A stretch of DNA of 41,572 bases from a virus (Duplodnaviria > Caudoviricetes): the IMG/VR virus record IMGVR_UViG_3300010201_000003, positions 1 to 41,572 of that record; one strand, written 5' to 3'. A model generated the notes under the pieces. It had not been told where the DNA came from. It made no database searches and saw only the letters and a list, made by a program, of their open reading frames with translations. Each line of letters begins with the position of its first letter. Position 1 is the first letter of the stretch. A program made the position numbers and the translations under genes. Positions 17,431 to 27,801 of this stretch are shown here, piece after piece.

Positions 17431-19635
17431 ATGATCGACGTTGAGCAGGACAACGACGCGAGCGGTTCGGAATCGGCCGCGCGCAAACGGGTAGGCGACG
17501 CCGACGCGATCTTTCGCAAGCTCAAGGGCTGGTTCAAGCGCGACTATGACAGCGAGGGGCAAACCCGCTGGCGTCGCGAGGCCCGCGAAGACTTCGATTT
17601 CGAGGCGGGTGAGCAACTGACTGCGGAAGACAAGCAGGCGCTGCAAGACCTGCGGCGCCCAGTGGTGATCTTTAATCAGGTCGGCACCTACGTTGACAGC
17701 GTGGCCGGGCAAGAGGTCGCCAATCGGCAGGAGGTCCAGTTCATCCCGCGGAACGCCGGCGACGTGAAGAAGAACGAGCTTCTGACGTCGGCGGCGATGT
17801 GGTTCCGCGATCAGTGCGACGCCGAGGACGAGGAAAGCGACGCCTTCCGCGATCTCGTCGTGTGCGGCATGGGCTGGACGGAAACCCGGCTCGACTATGA
17901 GGACAACCCGCAAGGCGATCCGAAGATTGAGCGCGTCGATCCGCTCGAAATGGTGTGGGACAGCTCGGCGAAGAAGCGCAACCTTATCGATCGGCGCCGG
18001 CAATTCCAGATCCGCCGGAATATCACGCTGGACGAGGCCCGCGCCTTGTGCCCCGGCGATCCGGATAACCCGTTCGAGGATGAGGACTACAACGCTTCCT
18101 GGGTCGATGACCGCGGAGACGATGGCACGCCGCAAGAAAACGACGGCCGCCACTACGACAAGGAGCAGCGCGGAGAGCGCGACGCCGACGACGAGTGCGT
18201 GACGCTCGTCCGTGCTCAATGGATCGAGCGCGTACCCTGCTGGTTGGTGCTCGATCCCTTCGACCAGGCCGGGCAGAACATCCTGACGTTGGGCGAGGAC
18301 GAGTACCGCGAGCTCGGCAAAAAGATGAAGATCGCCGGCGCTCCGATGCCGAAGGCCGTGAAGCAAACCCGCAAGGTCTATCGGCAAGCGTACCTCGGCA
18401 ATGTGCTGCTCGAAATCGGCGACGCGCCGGTGAGGGGGCGTTTCTCCTTCCAGTGCATGACCGGCAAGCGCGATCGGAACCGGAACACCTTCTTCGGCGT
18501 CGTGCGCGCGATGAAAGATCCGTCTCGCTGGGCCAACAAGTGGCTGATGCAGACGATGCACATCATGAACAGCACCGCGAAGGGCGGCATTGCCGTTGAG
18601 CGGGGCCAGTTCTTCGACGACGACGACGCCGGCGCGGAAAGCTGGGCGAAGCAGGATCAGGTGACGTTACTCAAGCCGGGCGCGCTGGGGCAAAACCCCA
18701 AGATGATGGCGAAGCCGTCGGCTCAATTCCCGCAGGGCTCTTTCGAGCTGATGCAGTTCGCATTCGGCGCGATGGGGCGAGTGTCCGGAATCAACCTGGA
18801 AGCGGTCGGGATGCAGACCGGCTCCGGACAGGCGGCCGCGCTCGATCTCCAGCGCAAGCAAGCCGTCATGACGCTGATGCAGCCGCTATTCGACGGGCTC
18901 CGGCGCTATCGGAAAGAGCAGGGCCGCGTTCTGCTCTACCTGATCGAGAACTATCTGTCCGACGGACGGTTGGTGAAGATCCAGGGGCCGGAAAACGCGC
19001 AATATGTCCAGTTGGTCCGGTCGTCCTACGCCGACGACACCGCGCAGGGCTATGACGTCATCGTTGATGAGGCGCCGACGTCTGCCAACCAAAAGGAAGC
19101 CACCTGGGCGATGCTGCAACAGATCCTGCCGGTGATCGGCAAGATGCTGCCGCCGGCGACGTGGCTTGCTCTGCTCAAATACTCGCCGCTTCCGACTTCG
19201 GCGCAGAAGGACATTTCGGACAGCATCCAGCAGGCGCAGCAGGGCGGCGACCCCGAGCAGCAGAAGCGCGACGCCGAACTACAGTTCGTTCAAGCCAAGC
19301 AGAAGGCGGACATCGACGCGCACAAGGCGCTGACCGCGGCCCGCGTCGATGGCATCCGCCAAGAGGCCGCGGCCAAGCGCGACGCCGATATGGAGCACGC
19401 CCGGCACAAGGCCGTGATGGACGGTCTGACGGCGCCGTTCGTCGGGGCCGGGCCGGATGGTCAGCCTGTCCAGATGCAGGGCCAGGAAGGCGGTCAAGCG
19501 GCGCTGATCATGTCGTTCCTGGCTGAGATGCGCCGCGACATGAACACGCTGGCAGCGGCCATCAACACGCCGAAACAGCTGATCCGCAACGAGCAGGGCG
19601 ACATCGTGGGCATCGTTCCCATGCAGCAGGGGTAA
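17431..19635 (+). CDS. Portal protein (P22-like)
   Basis: 734 aa after terL; WRREAREDFDFEAGEQ, RPVVIFNQV, FGVVRAMKDP, YDVIVDEAPTS, C-terminal coiled coil. Confidence 0.88.
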   Translation: MIDVEQDNDASGSESAARKRVGDADAIFRKLKGWFKRDYDSEGQTRWRREAREDFDFEAGEQLTAEDKQALQDLRRPVVIFNQVGTYVDSVAGQEVANRQEVQFIPRNAGDVKKNELLTSAAMWFRDQCDAEDEESDAFRDLVVCGMGWTETRLDYEDNPQGDPKIERVDPLEMVWDSSAKKRNLIDRRRQFQIRRNITLDEARALCPGDPDNPFEDEDYNASWVDDRGDDGTPQENDGRHYDKEQRGERDADDECVTLVRAQWIERVPCWLVLDPFDQAGQNILTLGEDEYRELGKKMKIAGAPMPKAVKQTRKVYRQAYLGNVLLEIGDAPVRGRFSFQCMTGKRDRNRNTFFGVVRAMKDPSRWANKWLMQTMHIMNSTAKGGIAVERGQFFDDDDAGAESWAKQDQVTLLKPGALGQNPKMMAKPSAQFPQGSFELMQFAFGAMGRVSGINLEAVGMQTGSGQAAALDLQRKQAVMTLMQPLFDGLRRYRKEQGRVLLYLIENYLSDGRLVKIQGPENAQYVQLVRSSYADDTAQGYDVIVDEAPTSANQKEATWAMLQQILPVIGKMLPPATWLALLKYSPLPTSAQKDISDSIQQAQQGGDPEQQKRDAELQFVQAKQKADIDAHKALTAARVDGIRQEAAAKRDADMEHARHKAVMDGLTAPFVGAGPDGQPVQMQGQEGGQAALIMSFLAEMRRDMNTLAAAINTPKQLIRNEQGDIVGIVPMQQG

Positions 19636-19638
19636 GAG

Positions 19639-20058
19639 ATGGCGGCTTTCAACAAGTTCGATCAATTTGTTCAGGATGCGTTTCACGGCGTCCATAATCT
19701 CGGATCTGATGACATCGCGGTCATGCTCTCGAACGTTGCGCCGGTGCGCACGAACAAGGTCAAGGCGGATATCACCGAGATCGCTGCCGGTAACGGCTAC
19801 TCAGCGGGCGGCATCATCGCCAACCGGGTTTCCTCGGGGCAGACTGCCGGGCTTTACAGGCTGACCCTCTCGCCGGTGCAATGGACGGCGGCCGACGGCT
19901 CGATCGCGACGTTCAGATACTCGATCATCTATAACAAGACGACTGCGGCAGGAAATCTGATCGGCTGGTACGACTACGGCGCTCCGGTGATCGTCACGAA
20001 CGGCAACAACTTCCTCGAAAATCTCGATCAGGTGAACGGCCTGATCAACTGCCAGTAA
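19639..20058 (+). CDS. Putative virion structural protein
   Basis: Beta-rich 139 aa, EIAAGNGYSAGG, LIGWYDYG. Confidence 0.7.
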   Translation: MAAFNKFDQFVQDAFHGVHNLGSDDIAVMLSNVAPVRTNKVKADITEIAAGNGYSAGGIIANRVSSGQTAGLYRLTLSPVQWTAADGSIATFRYSIIYNKTTAAGNLIGWYDYGAPVIVTNGNNFLENLDQVNGLINCQ

Positions 20059-20064
20059 GCGCAG

Positions 20065-21111
20065 ATGGCCGCCTATCTCAATAATTGCCGCTTTAACGTC
20101 ACTTCGGGCGGGAATTCCGATTGGGTGTTCGCGAGCACCGTTGCTGGCTACCAAAGCCCGGCGGCCGCCGGAGCCGTGAACGGGACGCCATATAAGTTCA
20201 TGGCGGCGAGCACCGATCAATCACAATGGGAGATCGCAGAAGGGGCATACAGCTCCGCCACCGGCACATTCACGCGAACGACGGTGCTCTACAATTCGAA
20301 CGGAACCGGCACGGCGTCAGGTCAGAGCGGAGCCGGTACCAAGATCAATTTTGCTGCAGCGCCAACGGTCGCGATTATCGGCGTGAAAGAGGATTTGATC
20401 TCGGTCGAAGAAGCTAACAGCTTCTCGGCGGCTCAAAAGGCGAGAGCCCGCGCAAATATCGGCATCGGTCAATCTACGTCCGCGCGTAGCTTCGCCATCG
20501 TGTCCTCACAGGTGTGGACGTGTCAGCGAAGCGGTCGATATCGGATCAAAGCCCTGGGTCCGGGTGGCGGCGGTGGCGGCTACGGCGGCGGCGGTGCCGT
20601 CGGCGCTGGTGGCGGCGCTGGTGGAGACTGCTGGTCAGAAGTCGATCTCGTTGTTGGAGACACGTTGACGATCACGAATGGAGCGCCAGGCGTTGGCGGG
20701 TCTCCAACTACGGGATCGGCTGGCAGTGACGGCGGCGTTACGACTGTTTCCGGCGCGAAGCTTCCAGCCACCATGGTGGCGAACGGCGGACACGGCGGTG
20801 CAGGCCGCACATCTCCGGGCGGTGTGGCCGGCGGCGGTGGTGGAACGGCTTCGGGTGGCAATCTTGTCAATATGAATGGCGCCGCAGGTCAACACGGCAC
20901 TTCGATGGGCGCGGGGTGGGCATTTCCGGGATGCGGTGCGGGCACGCGGTGGGGGTCTGGTGGGATCTCTGGCGCCGAGAATGTGAACGCAAGTGGTGGC
21001 TCTGCTCAGACGTTTGGCGCGGGCGGCGGCGGCGGTGCCGAGGCCGGCGGCTCCGGTGGCGGTGTCGGTGGCCCTAGCATTGTCGAAATCGAACTAATCG
21101 AGGCGACCTAA
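20065..21111 (+). CDS. Glycine-rich fibre-like virion protein
   Basis: QWEIAEG..FTRTTVL N-domain, SAAQKARARANIG linker, Gly-rich C-domain (GPGGGGGG..GGGAGG). Confidence 0.75.
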   Translation: MAAYLNNCRFNVTSGGNSDWVFASTVAGYQSPAAAGAVNGTPYKFMAASTDQSQWEIAEGAYSSATGTFTRTTVLYNSNGTGTASGQSGAGTKINFAAAPTVAIIGVKEDLISVEEANSFSAAQKARARANIGIGQSTSARSFAIVSSQVWTCQRSGRYRIKALGPGGGGGGYGGGGAVGAGGGAGGDCWSEVDLVVGDTLTITNGAPGVGGSPTTGSAGSDGGVTTVSGAKLPATMVANGGHGGAGRTSPGGVAGGGGGTASGGNLVNMNGAAGQHGTSMGAGWAFPGCGAGTRWGSGGISGAENVNASGGSAQTFGAGGGGGAEAGGSGGGVGGPSIVEIELIEAT

Positions 21112-21323
21112 TGCCGATCTATGCTGTGATCGATAGTGCCGGTTATGTCGTCAATCGAATTGTACTTGACAAGTCGGGAGCGTGGCAGGCGCCAGAAGGT
21201 CACTCAATCATTGAGGAGACGGATCATACCTTTGAGATCGGAGGTACGCTGATCAACGGCGTATATACCCCTCCGGTGCAACCTGAACCGCCGCCGCCTT
21301 GGCCGGCAGTGCCGGAGGTGTAG
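21111..21323 (+). CDS. Small protein, possible fibre chaperone
   Basis: YAVIDSAGYVVNRIV..IGGTLINGVYTPP; TAATG coupling to the Gly-rich gene. Confidence 0.65.
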   Translation: MPIYAVIDSAGYVVNRIVLDKSGAWQAPEGHSIIEETDHTFEIGGTLINGVYTPPVQPEPPPPWPAVPEV

Positions 21324-21326
21324 CAG

Positions 21327-22103
21327 ATGGCGCTGCTCGGATTCGACGCTCTCGGACATATCGCGCTCGGGTCTCTCCCGCGATCGGCGTTGGAGACAAT
21401 AACGCTTTCGGCGGAAGCTGGGTCGTTCACCCTCGCTGGATCGGCATCCTCGGCGACGATCAATGCGGCTGGCGCCGGCGCAGCGTTCGCGCTCGCGGGT
21501 AGTGCGACGTCGTACAGAATTGGAGCCGTGTTCGCCGGTGGTTCCTATGCGCTGTCGGGCCTCTCGGCCTCGTTCCAGTTGTCGGAGGCGGCGGCGCCAG
21601 GCTCGTTCGCGCTCGCTGGTTTTCCGGAGATCGCGACCGGAATCCAAAATCCACCTACCGGCGTGTTCGCGCTGGCGGGCTACTCTGCGCCGCAAGCCGT
21701 GGTGCTGACGGGAGCGCCCGGCGCGTTCATCCTCTCGGGCGCGCCGGATGCGGTCCAACTCACTCAAACGTCGTCCGGTGGACAATTCTCGCTGACGTTT
21801 TCAGACGCGCAGCTTTCGCGGACTGGCTTCGATTACGAGTTCCAGCAAGGCGGCATCGGGCATCTGCTGCTCGATATGGAGCGGGCGAAGCAGCTCGCCA
21901 AAATCACGCGCACCATCCCGCCGCCGGTCGATCGGCGAACGCCTCCAGCACTGCGCCCTTTGGCGCGCCCCTGGAACGCTCCGACGGCTCCAGCGGTCGA
22001 TGTGACGGCGATCCAGAAACAACGCATGGAAGCGGCTGCGGCCGCGGCCAGGGCGGCACGAAAGCGGCGAGACGAGGAAGCAGTCCTCTTGCTCGCCTCC
22101 TGA
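21327..22103 (+). CDS. Putative virion protein with G(S/A)F(A/T)LAG repeats
   Basis: MALLGFDALG start; about 8 internal GxFxLxG repeats; C-terminal RRDEEAVLLLA. Confidence 0.7.
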   Translation: MALLGFDALGHIALGSLPRSALETITLSAEAGSFTLAGSASSATINAAGAGAAFALAGSATSYRIGAVFAGGSYALSGLSASFQLSEAAAPGSFALAGFPEIATGIQNPPTGVFALAGYSAPQAVVLTGAPGAFILSGAPDAVQLTQTSSGGQFSLTFSDAQLSRTGFDYEFQQGGIGHLLLDMERAKQLAKITRTIPPPVDRRTPPALRPLARPWNAPTAPAVDVTAIQKQRMEAAAAAARAARKRRDEEAVLLLAS

Positions 22104-22179
22104 CCTCGGAATCACCGGGGAGCGCGCGCGGCGATCCGCGCAAATCGGCTGCCGACCGTATCGGCGAAAGGGTGATTGA

Positions 22180-23148
22180 ATGTTGGACGGCGAACAGGGC
22201 TTTGGGGCTGGTCTTTCGGCGGATGAAGAACGCTTCTTCGCGACGGGCGGTGAAAGTGCAATCCCGGGCGATAGTGACCGCGCCGGCGACGGCAACGCGG
22301 ACGGCGGCGCTGGTGCTGGTGAAGGTGGCGAGCTCGGCGCCGAGGTCTCGGCGGATGGCGCCGAGGGCAGGGGCGGCGATGCGGCCGGCAAGACCGTGCC
22401 ACTGTCGGCATTGCACGAAGAACGGACGCGGCGCCGGGATCTCGACGCAAAGCTGCGCGAGGCGGAACGGCAGATCGCCGAGTTCAAGGGCAAGTTCTCG
22501 GTCCTCGATCGGCTTAAGGCCGGTGATCAAGCCGGCGCCGCGGCGCCTGGAGCTGACGGCGCGCCCGATGCCGGAGCGGTGCCCAACCCGGAAGAAGACA
22601 TCTTTGGTGCTGTCGCCGCGATCACGAAGCGCCTTGAGAGCGACGCCGCCGCGAAGAAGGCCGCGGACGATCACGCGAATTTCGTGAATAACTACAAGGC
22701 AGACGCGGCGCGGTTTGTGCAAACCTCGCCGGACTACATGGACGCCTATAACCATCTGCTAGGTTCGCGCGCGGCTGAGTTGCAGGCGATCGGCTACGAG
22801 GGAATGGAATTGGGGCAGGCGCTCCAAGCCGACGAAATCGCCATCGCGCAAATGGCAATTTCGAAGGGCAGGAGCCCAGCGGAATTGATCTACGCGCTCG
22901 CAAAGCAGCGCGGCTATACGCCGAAAAAGGCGGACGAGCCGGGCAAAGGGGCGGTCGCTCCCAGCGCGGCCGAACGTCTCGAGGCGATCGAGCGCGGGCA
23001 GGCCGCGAACAAAAGCCTCAACGGCGCCGGCGGCGGCCTTGGTGGCGACGACATGACCGCCGAGCGTCTCGTTTCCATGCCGATGGATGAATTCGAGGCG
23101 TGGTGCGAGAAGAACCCGGCGAAGGCCCGCCGACTGATGGGCGGCTAG
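22180..23148 (+). CDS. Putative scaffolding protein
   Basis: Acidic N-terminus, VPLSALHEER coiled coil; immediately precedes the capsid gene. Confidence 0.75.
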   Translation: MLDGEQGFGAGLSADEERFFATGGESAIPGDSDRAGDGNADGGAGAGEGGELGAEVSADGAEGRGGDAAGKTVPLSALHEERTRRRDLDAKLREAERQIAEFKGKFSVLDRLKAGDQAGAAAPGADGAPDAGAVPNPEEDIFGAVAAITKRLESDAAAKKAADDHANFVNNYKADAARFVQTSPDYMDAYNHLLGSRAAELQAIGYEGMELGQALQADEIAIAQMAISKGRSPAELIYALAKQRGYTPKKADEPGKGAVAPSAAERLEAIERGQAANKSLNGAGGGLGGDDMTAERLVSMPMDEFEAWCEKNPAKARRLMGG

Positions 23149-23326
23149 TCCGCTTCGCTCCACCCCAGGGAGCAAAGGTGCCGCGCAAACCTCAATTGCG
23201 TGTTTCGGCCGGTGGTCCGTTATCCGCCTAGCCCGCTCCGAAGGCGAACAAATTCGGTGATGCGCTCGCACGCGGCGTCACGCGCGCAATCCATCACACC
23301 GAATTCAACGTCAATCGGGGCGCGAT

Positions 23327-24397
23327 ATGACCGAGACCAACTACGGGGTTAATCACCCGCTTTCCAACAAGCTTTGGGCGAAGAAGCTCAACGCGGAAGC
23401 TCTCAAGCCGACTTTCTTCGGGAAGTTCATGGGCGAGGGCTCGAACAATATGATCCAGCTGAAGACCGAACTGGATCAGAACGCCGGTGATCAGGTGACC
23501 GTCGGCCTGCGTGTCCAGCTTGAAGGCGACGGCACCACCGAAGGCCAGACCCAGGAGGGTAACGAAGAGAGCCTGACCACGTACAACGACAAGCTGACGA
23601 TCAACGAGCTGATGCACGCCGTGCGCGTGAAGAACAAGGGCTCGATCGATGCGCAGCGCGTGCCGTTCAGCCTGCGAAGCGAGAGCAAGGAAGGTCTGAC
23701 CGATTGGTTCGCCAATCGCTTCGACACCTGCATGGCGAACCACCTCGCCGGCAATACGCTGGTCGTCGATCCGCGCTACAATGGCAACAACGCGATCACC
23801 GCGCCCACCAACATCTACCGCAAGGGCGGTGTGGGTGACGATGCCACGATCAACGCCGACGCCACCGCGATTTTCAACCTCGGCGTGATCGATGCCTTGG
23901 TCGAGCTCGCCAAGACCACTTCCCCGCTCATCCGTCCGTTCCAGGTCGGCGGCAAGAAAAAGTACGTCATGTTCCTGCACCCCTATCAGGTGACGGACAT
24001 GCGGACCAACACGAACTCTGGCCAGTGGCTCGATATTCAGAAGGCGGCGCTGGCCGGCGGCGTCGGCGACAAGTCACCGATCTATACGGGCGCGCTCGGC
24101 GAGTACAACGACGTTGTGCTGCACGAATGGGTGCGGTTGCCATCCGGCATTTCGAACGATGGCGTTGTGCAGCCGAAAACGCGTCGCGCGGTGCTGTGCG
24201 GCGCGCAGGCGGGTCTTGTCGGATTCGGCAAGGAATTTGCCAAGGGCTCCCACTTCAAGTGGGTCGAGGAGCTGTTCGACTACCAACGCGAGCTTGGCGT
24301 TTCGGCGCAAACCGTGTGGGGCATCAAGAAGGCTGCCTATAACGGCAAGGACTTCGGATCGCTGGTCGCCACCACCTACGCCGTCAAGCACACCTAA
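23327..24397 (+). CDS. Major capsid protein (N4-gp56/DUF4043 type)
   Basis: GDQVTVGL..L.GDG..EGNEESL, YVMFLHPYQ.TDMR, PIYTGALGEYNDVVLHE, RAVLCGAQA, EELFDY. Confidence 0.9.
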   Translation: MTETNYGVNHPLSNKLWAKKLNAEALKPTFFGKFMGEGSNNMIQLKTELDQNAGDQVTVGLRVQLEGDGTTEGQTQEGNEESLTTYNDKLTINELMHAVRVKNKGSIDAQRVPFSLRSESKEGLTDWFANRFDTCMANHLAGNTLVVDPRYNGNNAITAPTNIYRKGGVGDDATINADATAIFNLGVIDALVELAKTTSPLIRPFQVGGKKKYVMFLHPYQVTDMRTNTNSGQWLDIQKAALAGGVGDKSPIYTGALGEYNDVVLHEWVRLPSGISNDGVVQPKTRRAVLCGAQAGLVGFGKEFAKGSHFKWVEELFDYQRELGVSAQTVWGIKKAAYNGKDFGSLVATTYAVKHT

Positions 24398-24473
24398 GGG
24401 CATCCCGGCGTCGTCGGACCATCGACGCCGCCGGATTCCTTCCTTCGCTCGAACGCTCTTAGAAAGGGCTCCA

Positions 24474-24875
24474 ATGTCTCAAGGTCGCAAGAATTCGACC
24501 CAGCAGGTCGGCTATCTGCGCTTCGCGGTTGGCTACAACGATCCCGGAATTGCCGGCGGCGTCAACAAGCAATGGCTCCCGGACGGTGCGGTGATCATCG
24601 GCACCGATGTTGCTGTGTTGACCCCGTTCAACGCCGCAACCACCAACGTTCTGACTGTCGGCACCGTCGGCGATGCGCCCGATAACATCGTGGCTGCGGC
24701 CGATGTGACCGAGGGCACCGCGGGCCTGACGCAGAACATCAAGCCGACCGGCGCCGCGCTTGGGCCGCTGGCCGCTCCGAAACAGATCTATGCAACCTAC
24801 TCACAGACCGGAACGGCGGCGACCGCTGGTAAGGCGATCGTCATCATCAAGTACGTCTGCGACAACGACCTCTAA
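24474..24875 (+). CDS. Putative capsid decoration/cement protein
   Basis: MSQGRKN start with AAAGGG RBS; TPFNAATTNVLTVG..TGTAATAGKA; follows the capsid gene. Confidence 0.7.
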   Translation: MSQGRKNSTQQVGYLRFAVGYNDPGIAGGVNKQWLPDGAVIIGTDVAVLTPFNAATTNVLTVGTVGDAPDNIVAAADVTEGTAGLTQNIKPTGAALGPLAAPKQIYATYSQTGTAATAGKAIVIIKYVCDNDL

Positions 24876-24979
24876 GCCGGTGTTCGGCACTTGGCTTCAC
24901 TTCGCGTGGGCGGCTGCTGTTCTGAGCGATCAGCCGCCGCCCACAGCTTCAATCCCTCCTGATCCGCAGGCGGTGACCA

Positions 24980-25618
24980 ATGGCAAAGACGCTGCAAACG
25001 ATGCTGGATCGGATCGCGGAGGATCTGACGAGAAGCGATCTCGCAAGCCAAGCGCAAAGCGCGGTGCTCGACGCCGTTGACCACTACGCGCATGATCGGT
25101 TCTGGTTCAACGTCACGCGGTCAAAGACCTTCCAGACCGTGGCCGGACAACAGGGCTACGGCTCGGCCGCGCTCCCCGAGATCCCCGACGCAATCCAGTT
25201 TGACGGCCTATTCCTTAAGGACGGTGTTTCCGGATACTTCCTCGATTGGGTCGATGCCCAAGGGGCAGAATGGCTGATCTCCGGCATCAACACCGCGCCG
25301 GGCCGCCCGACCGATTACACCTTCGCCGATGGTCAACTGCTGCTGTGGCCGGTGCCGCTCGCCGTCTACACGGTTCGGCCGCTGATGCACTACCGGCTTC
25401 CCACGCTTGCGGCACCGAACGATAGCAACGCCTGGCTGAATGAGGCCGAACAGCTCATCCGCGCTCATGCGAAAATGCTGCTCTACGCGAACGTCCTGGA
25501 AGACGACGAGGGCGCCGCGCGGATGCAAGCACAGATCCCGGCGCACCGCGCGAAGCTCGACGCTGAAACCTCCCGCCGGCTCGCGCCGACGCTGCGAACT
25601 TGCGGGCGCGATTTCTAA
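24980..25618 (+). CDS. Head-tail adaptor/tail tubular protein A-like
   Basis: Position after capsid; GRPTDY..LLLWPVPLAVY..DSNAWL motif. Confidence 0.7.
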   Translation: MAKTLQTMLDRIAEDLTRSDLASQAQSAVLDAVDHYAHDRFWFNVTRSKTFQTVAGQQGYGSAALPEIPDAIQFDGLFLKDGVSGYFLDWVDAQGAEWLISGINTAPGRPTDYTFADGQLLLWPVPLAVYTVRPLMHYRLPTLAAPNDSNAWLNEAEQLIRAHAKMLLYANVLEDDEGAARMQAQIPAHRAKLDAETSRRLAPTLRTCGRDF

Positions 25619-27096
25619 TGCCGCTGATCCCCTTCGGCGAATACCGGCCCGACGTCTCCGATTATGAGGCTGCGACGCAACGCGGCATCATGAACGTTGT
25701 CCCACGCGGCGACGGATACGGGCCATTCCCATCGCTTGCGGCAATCTCAGCCTCGCTCGGCGAGCAGGCGCGAGGAGGATTCGCCGCCTATAAGTCCGAC
25801 GGCTCGGTGGTGGTGTTCGCTGCGACCGCAACGGATCTCTATAGGCTCGACAACACCGCTTACACCTGGGCGAAGGTGTCAAAGGCCGGCGCACCTTACC
25901 CAGCGATCCCGCAGCAGGATCAATGGGGCTTCATCCAGTTCAACAATCTCGTTATCGCGGTGCAAGCGAACGTCGTTCCCCAGGTGTTCGACATTGCTAC
26001 GGCGTCTGCGTTCGCCGATCTGGCCGGCAATCCGCCGCAGGCACGATATGCGGGCGTCGTCGGCCGCTTTGTGGTGCTGACCGGCCTACTGACCAACCCG
26101 AACAGGGCGCAATGGTCGGGGCTCAACGATGTGAACGGTCCGAATTCGTGGACGCCCGGCATCAATTCGAGCGATTACCAGGACTTCCCGGACGGCGGGT
26201 TTTGCCGCGGCGTTGCCGGGGGCGAAACCGGCGTCATTCTGCAAGACACCATTATCCGGCGCATGATCTACCTTCCGGGTGATCCGCGCGTATTTCAGAT
26301 TGAGAAGATCGCCGAAGAACTTGGCATCTATGGGCCGCTTAGCTTGGTTCGCTCTGGCGCAACCGTCTATTTCTATTCGCTCAAGGGATTTCATCGGATC
26401 GACCCCGGCGGCACTCCCGTCGCGATCGGACGCGAGCGAGTAGATAGAACGTTCTTCACAGACCTGGATGCATCTGCGCCGCAGATGTTCATCGGCCGGA
26501 CTGATCCGCGCTCGTCGCGCATGATTTGGGTTTACAAATCAGTCAATGGCGTTGCCAATCAGTTCGATAAGGCTCTGATCTACGACCCCGCGCTAGACAA
26601 GTTCACGCCAGCGCGTTTCTCGGGTGAGTACCTGTCTCAGATCTCTCAGCCCGGCATTACGCTTGAAGCGCTCGGCGCGCTGTTTCCAAATCTGGACGCG
26701 ATGACGCAATCTCTAGACAGCTTTCAGGGCGCAATCGTTCCGGAGCTATCCGCGTTCGACACCGCGCATTGCATGGCGTTCTTCCGCGGCCCGAACCTTG
26801 AGGCGACCTTGCAGACGGCCGAGCTTGGTACCGACGGGCGGCGGGTGAGCGAGAAACGAGGTGTTCGCCCGGTGTCCGACGCGCCGGCGATCTACGCCTC
26901 GGCACTTCGGCGCGAAAATCTCCAGCAGGCGCCGGTGCCAACTGCAGAGAGCGCGATGCATCCGGTTTCCGGAATCTGCAACATGCTGCTCGATACGCGC
27001 TATGCGCGGATCAAATGTCGCATTCCGGCGGGGCAGTCTTGGAGCTTCTTCAACGGCATTGAGCCGGAGAGCTACAAACCGACGGGGCGGCGATGA
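25618..27096 (+). CDS. Tail nozzle/head-completion protein (P22 gp10-like role)
   Basis: MPLIPFGEYRPD start with TAATG coupling; beta-rich; AQWSGLND..W..SDYQDFPDGG. Confidence 0.7.
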   Translation: MPLIPFGEYRPDVSDYEAATQRGIMNVVPRGDGYGPFPSLAAISASLGEQARGGFAAYKSDGSVVVFAATATDLYRLDNTAYTWAKVSKAGAPYPAIPQQDQWGFIQFNNLVIAVQANVVPQVFDIATASAFADLAGNPPQARYAGVVGRFVVLTGLLTNPNRAQWSGLNDVNGPNSWTPGINSSDYQDFPDGGFCRGVAGGETGVILQDTIIRRMIYLPGDPRVFQIEKIAEELGIYGPLSLVRSGATVYFYSLKGFHRIDPGGTPVAIGRERVDRTFFTDLDASAPQMFIGRTDPRSSRMIWVYKSVNGVANQFDKALIYDPALDKFTPARFSGEYLSQISQPGITLEALGALFPNLDAMTQSLDSFQGAIVPELSAFDTAHCMAFFRGPNLEATLQTAELGTDGRRVSEKRGVRPVSDAPAIYASALRRENLQQAPVPTAESAMHPVSGICNMLLDTRYARIKCRIPAGQSWSFFNGIEPESYKPTGRR

Positions 27097-27407
27097 GCGG
27101 CTACAGCGTCTCAACGTCCGAAAAGGATCTGGCGAAATTCGCTCTGGCGATCCAGGCGGTTTTGAACGGCCGTTCGAATGCGGCCGGGAAGGTGACGCTT
27201 GCGCCGGGTGCTGCCTCTACCGTGGTGAAGGCGGACAACTGTGCCGCTCAATGCTCGGTCCTGATGTTCCCCGCCAGCGCGCACGCGGCGGCGGAGCTGG
27301 CGGGGGGCGAATGCTTCGTTTCCTCGGTCGGAAAGCAGCATTTCACCATCACCCACGCAAATAATTCTTTGGCCGATCGCTCGTTCTATTGGGTGGCCCT
27401 TGGCTGA
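27093..27407 (+). CDS. Putative tail protein
   Basis: GRSNAAGKVTL..FTITHANN..DRSFYWVALG; ATGA coupling. Confidence 0.7.
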   Translation: MSGYSVSTSEKDLAKFALAIQAVLNGRSNAAGKVTLAPGAASTVVKADNCAAQCSVLMFPASAHAAAELAGGECFVSSVGKQHFTITHANNSLADRSFYWVALG

Positions 27408-27801
27408 TCTTGTTCGCGTTCCTTCGAAGTTCAAAGCGGATGTGTGGCCGCTTGTCGCCGATCGGCTGCGCGCGGCGTACTTGAAGAACGACTTGAGCCA
27501 CACCGCTGATCTTGAGCACGACGTTTTGCGCGGCGAAGGCGATCTGTGGCTTGCAACCAGCGGAGCCGAGATCGAGGCCGCGGCCGTCACGGTGTTGCAG
27601 CGGACCGACAAGCACCTTGTGTGCGTGATTACGGCGCTCGGTGGCCGCGATCGGTCGCGTTGGCTCGATCTCTTGCCGGCGATCGAGTGTTTCGCGCGGC
27701 AGCAGGGCGCCGCTGTGGTGCGCTTTTTCGGCCGGCGCGGCTGGGCGGCCGTGCTGGACAACTACCGCGTCTCGGCCGTCGTGATGGAAAGGGCTCTCTG
27801 A
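27400..27801 (+). CDS. GNAT-like phage protein (P22 gp14 position)
   Basis: IECFARQQGA..FFGRRGW; directly precedes the ejection genes. Confidence 0.65.
   Translation: MADLVRVPSKFKADVWPLVADRLRAAYLKNDLSHTADLEHDVLRGEGDLWLATSGAEIEAAAVTVLQRTDKHLVCVITALGGRDRSRWLDLLPAIECFARQQGAAVVRFFGRRGWAAVLDNYRVSAVVMERAL

Noticed and set aside
16960-18561. Long antisense ORFs (e.g. 533 aa here, 15839..16912, 4956..5840, 23294..23980)
   Set aside because: Shadow frames of well-supported genes in high-GC DNA, with no recognisable motifs.
20560-21070. GGC-rich repeats in the Gly-rich gene as another GGC-NN array
   Set aside because: The period is 3 nt (glycine codons), not 5 nt.
24880-25080. Possible small gene VFGTWLHFAW.. 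overlapping the adaptor start
   Set aside because: No RBS and a 100-nt overlap with a better-supported gene; not excluded but unsupported.
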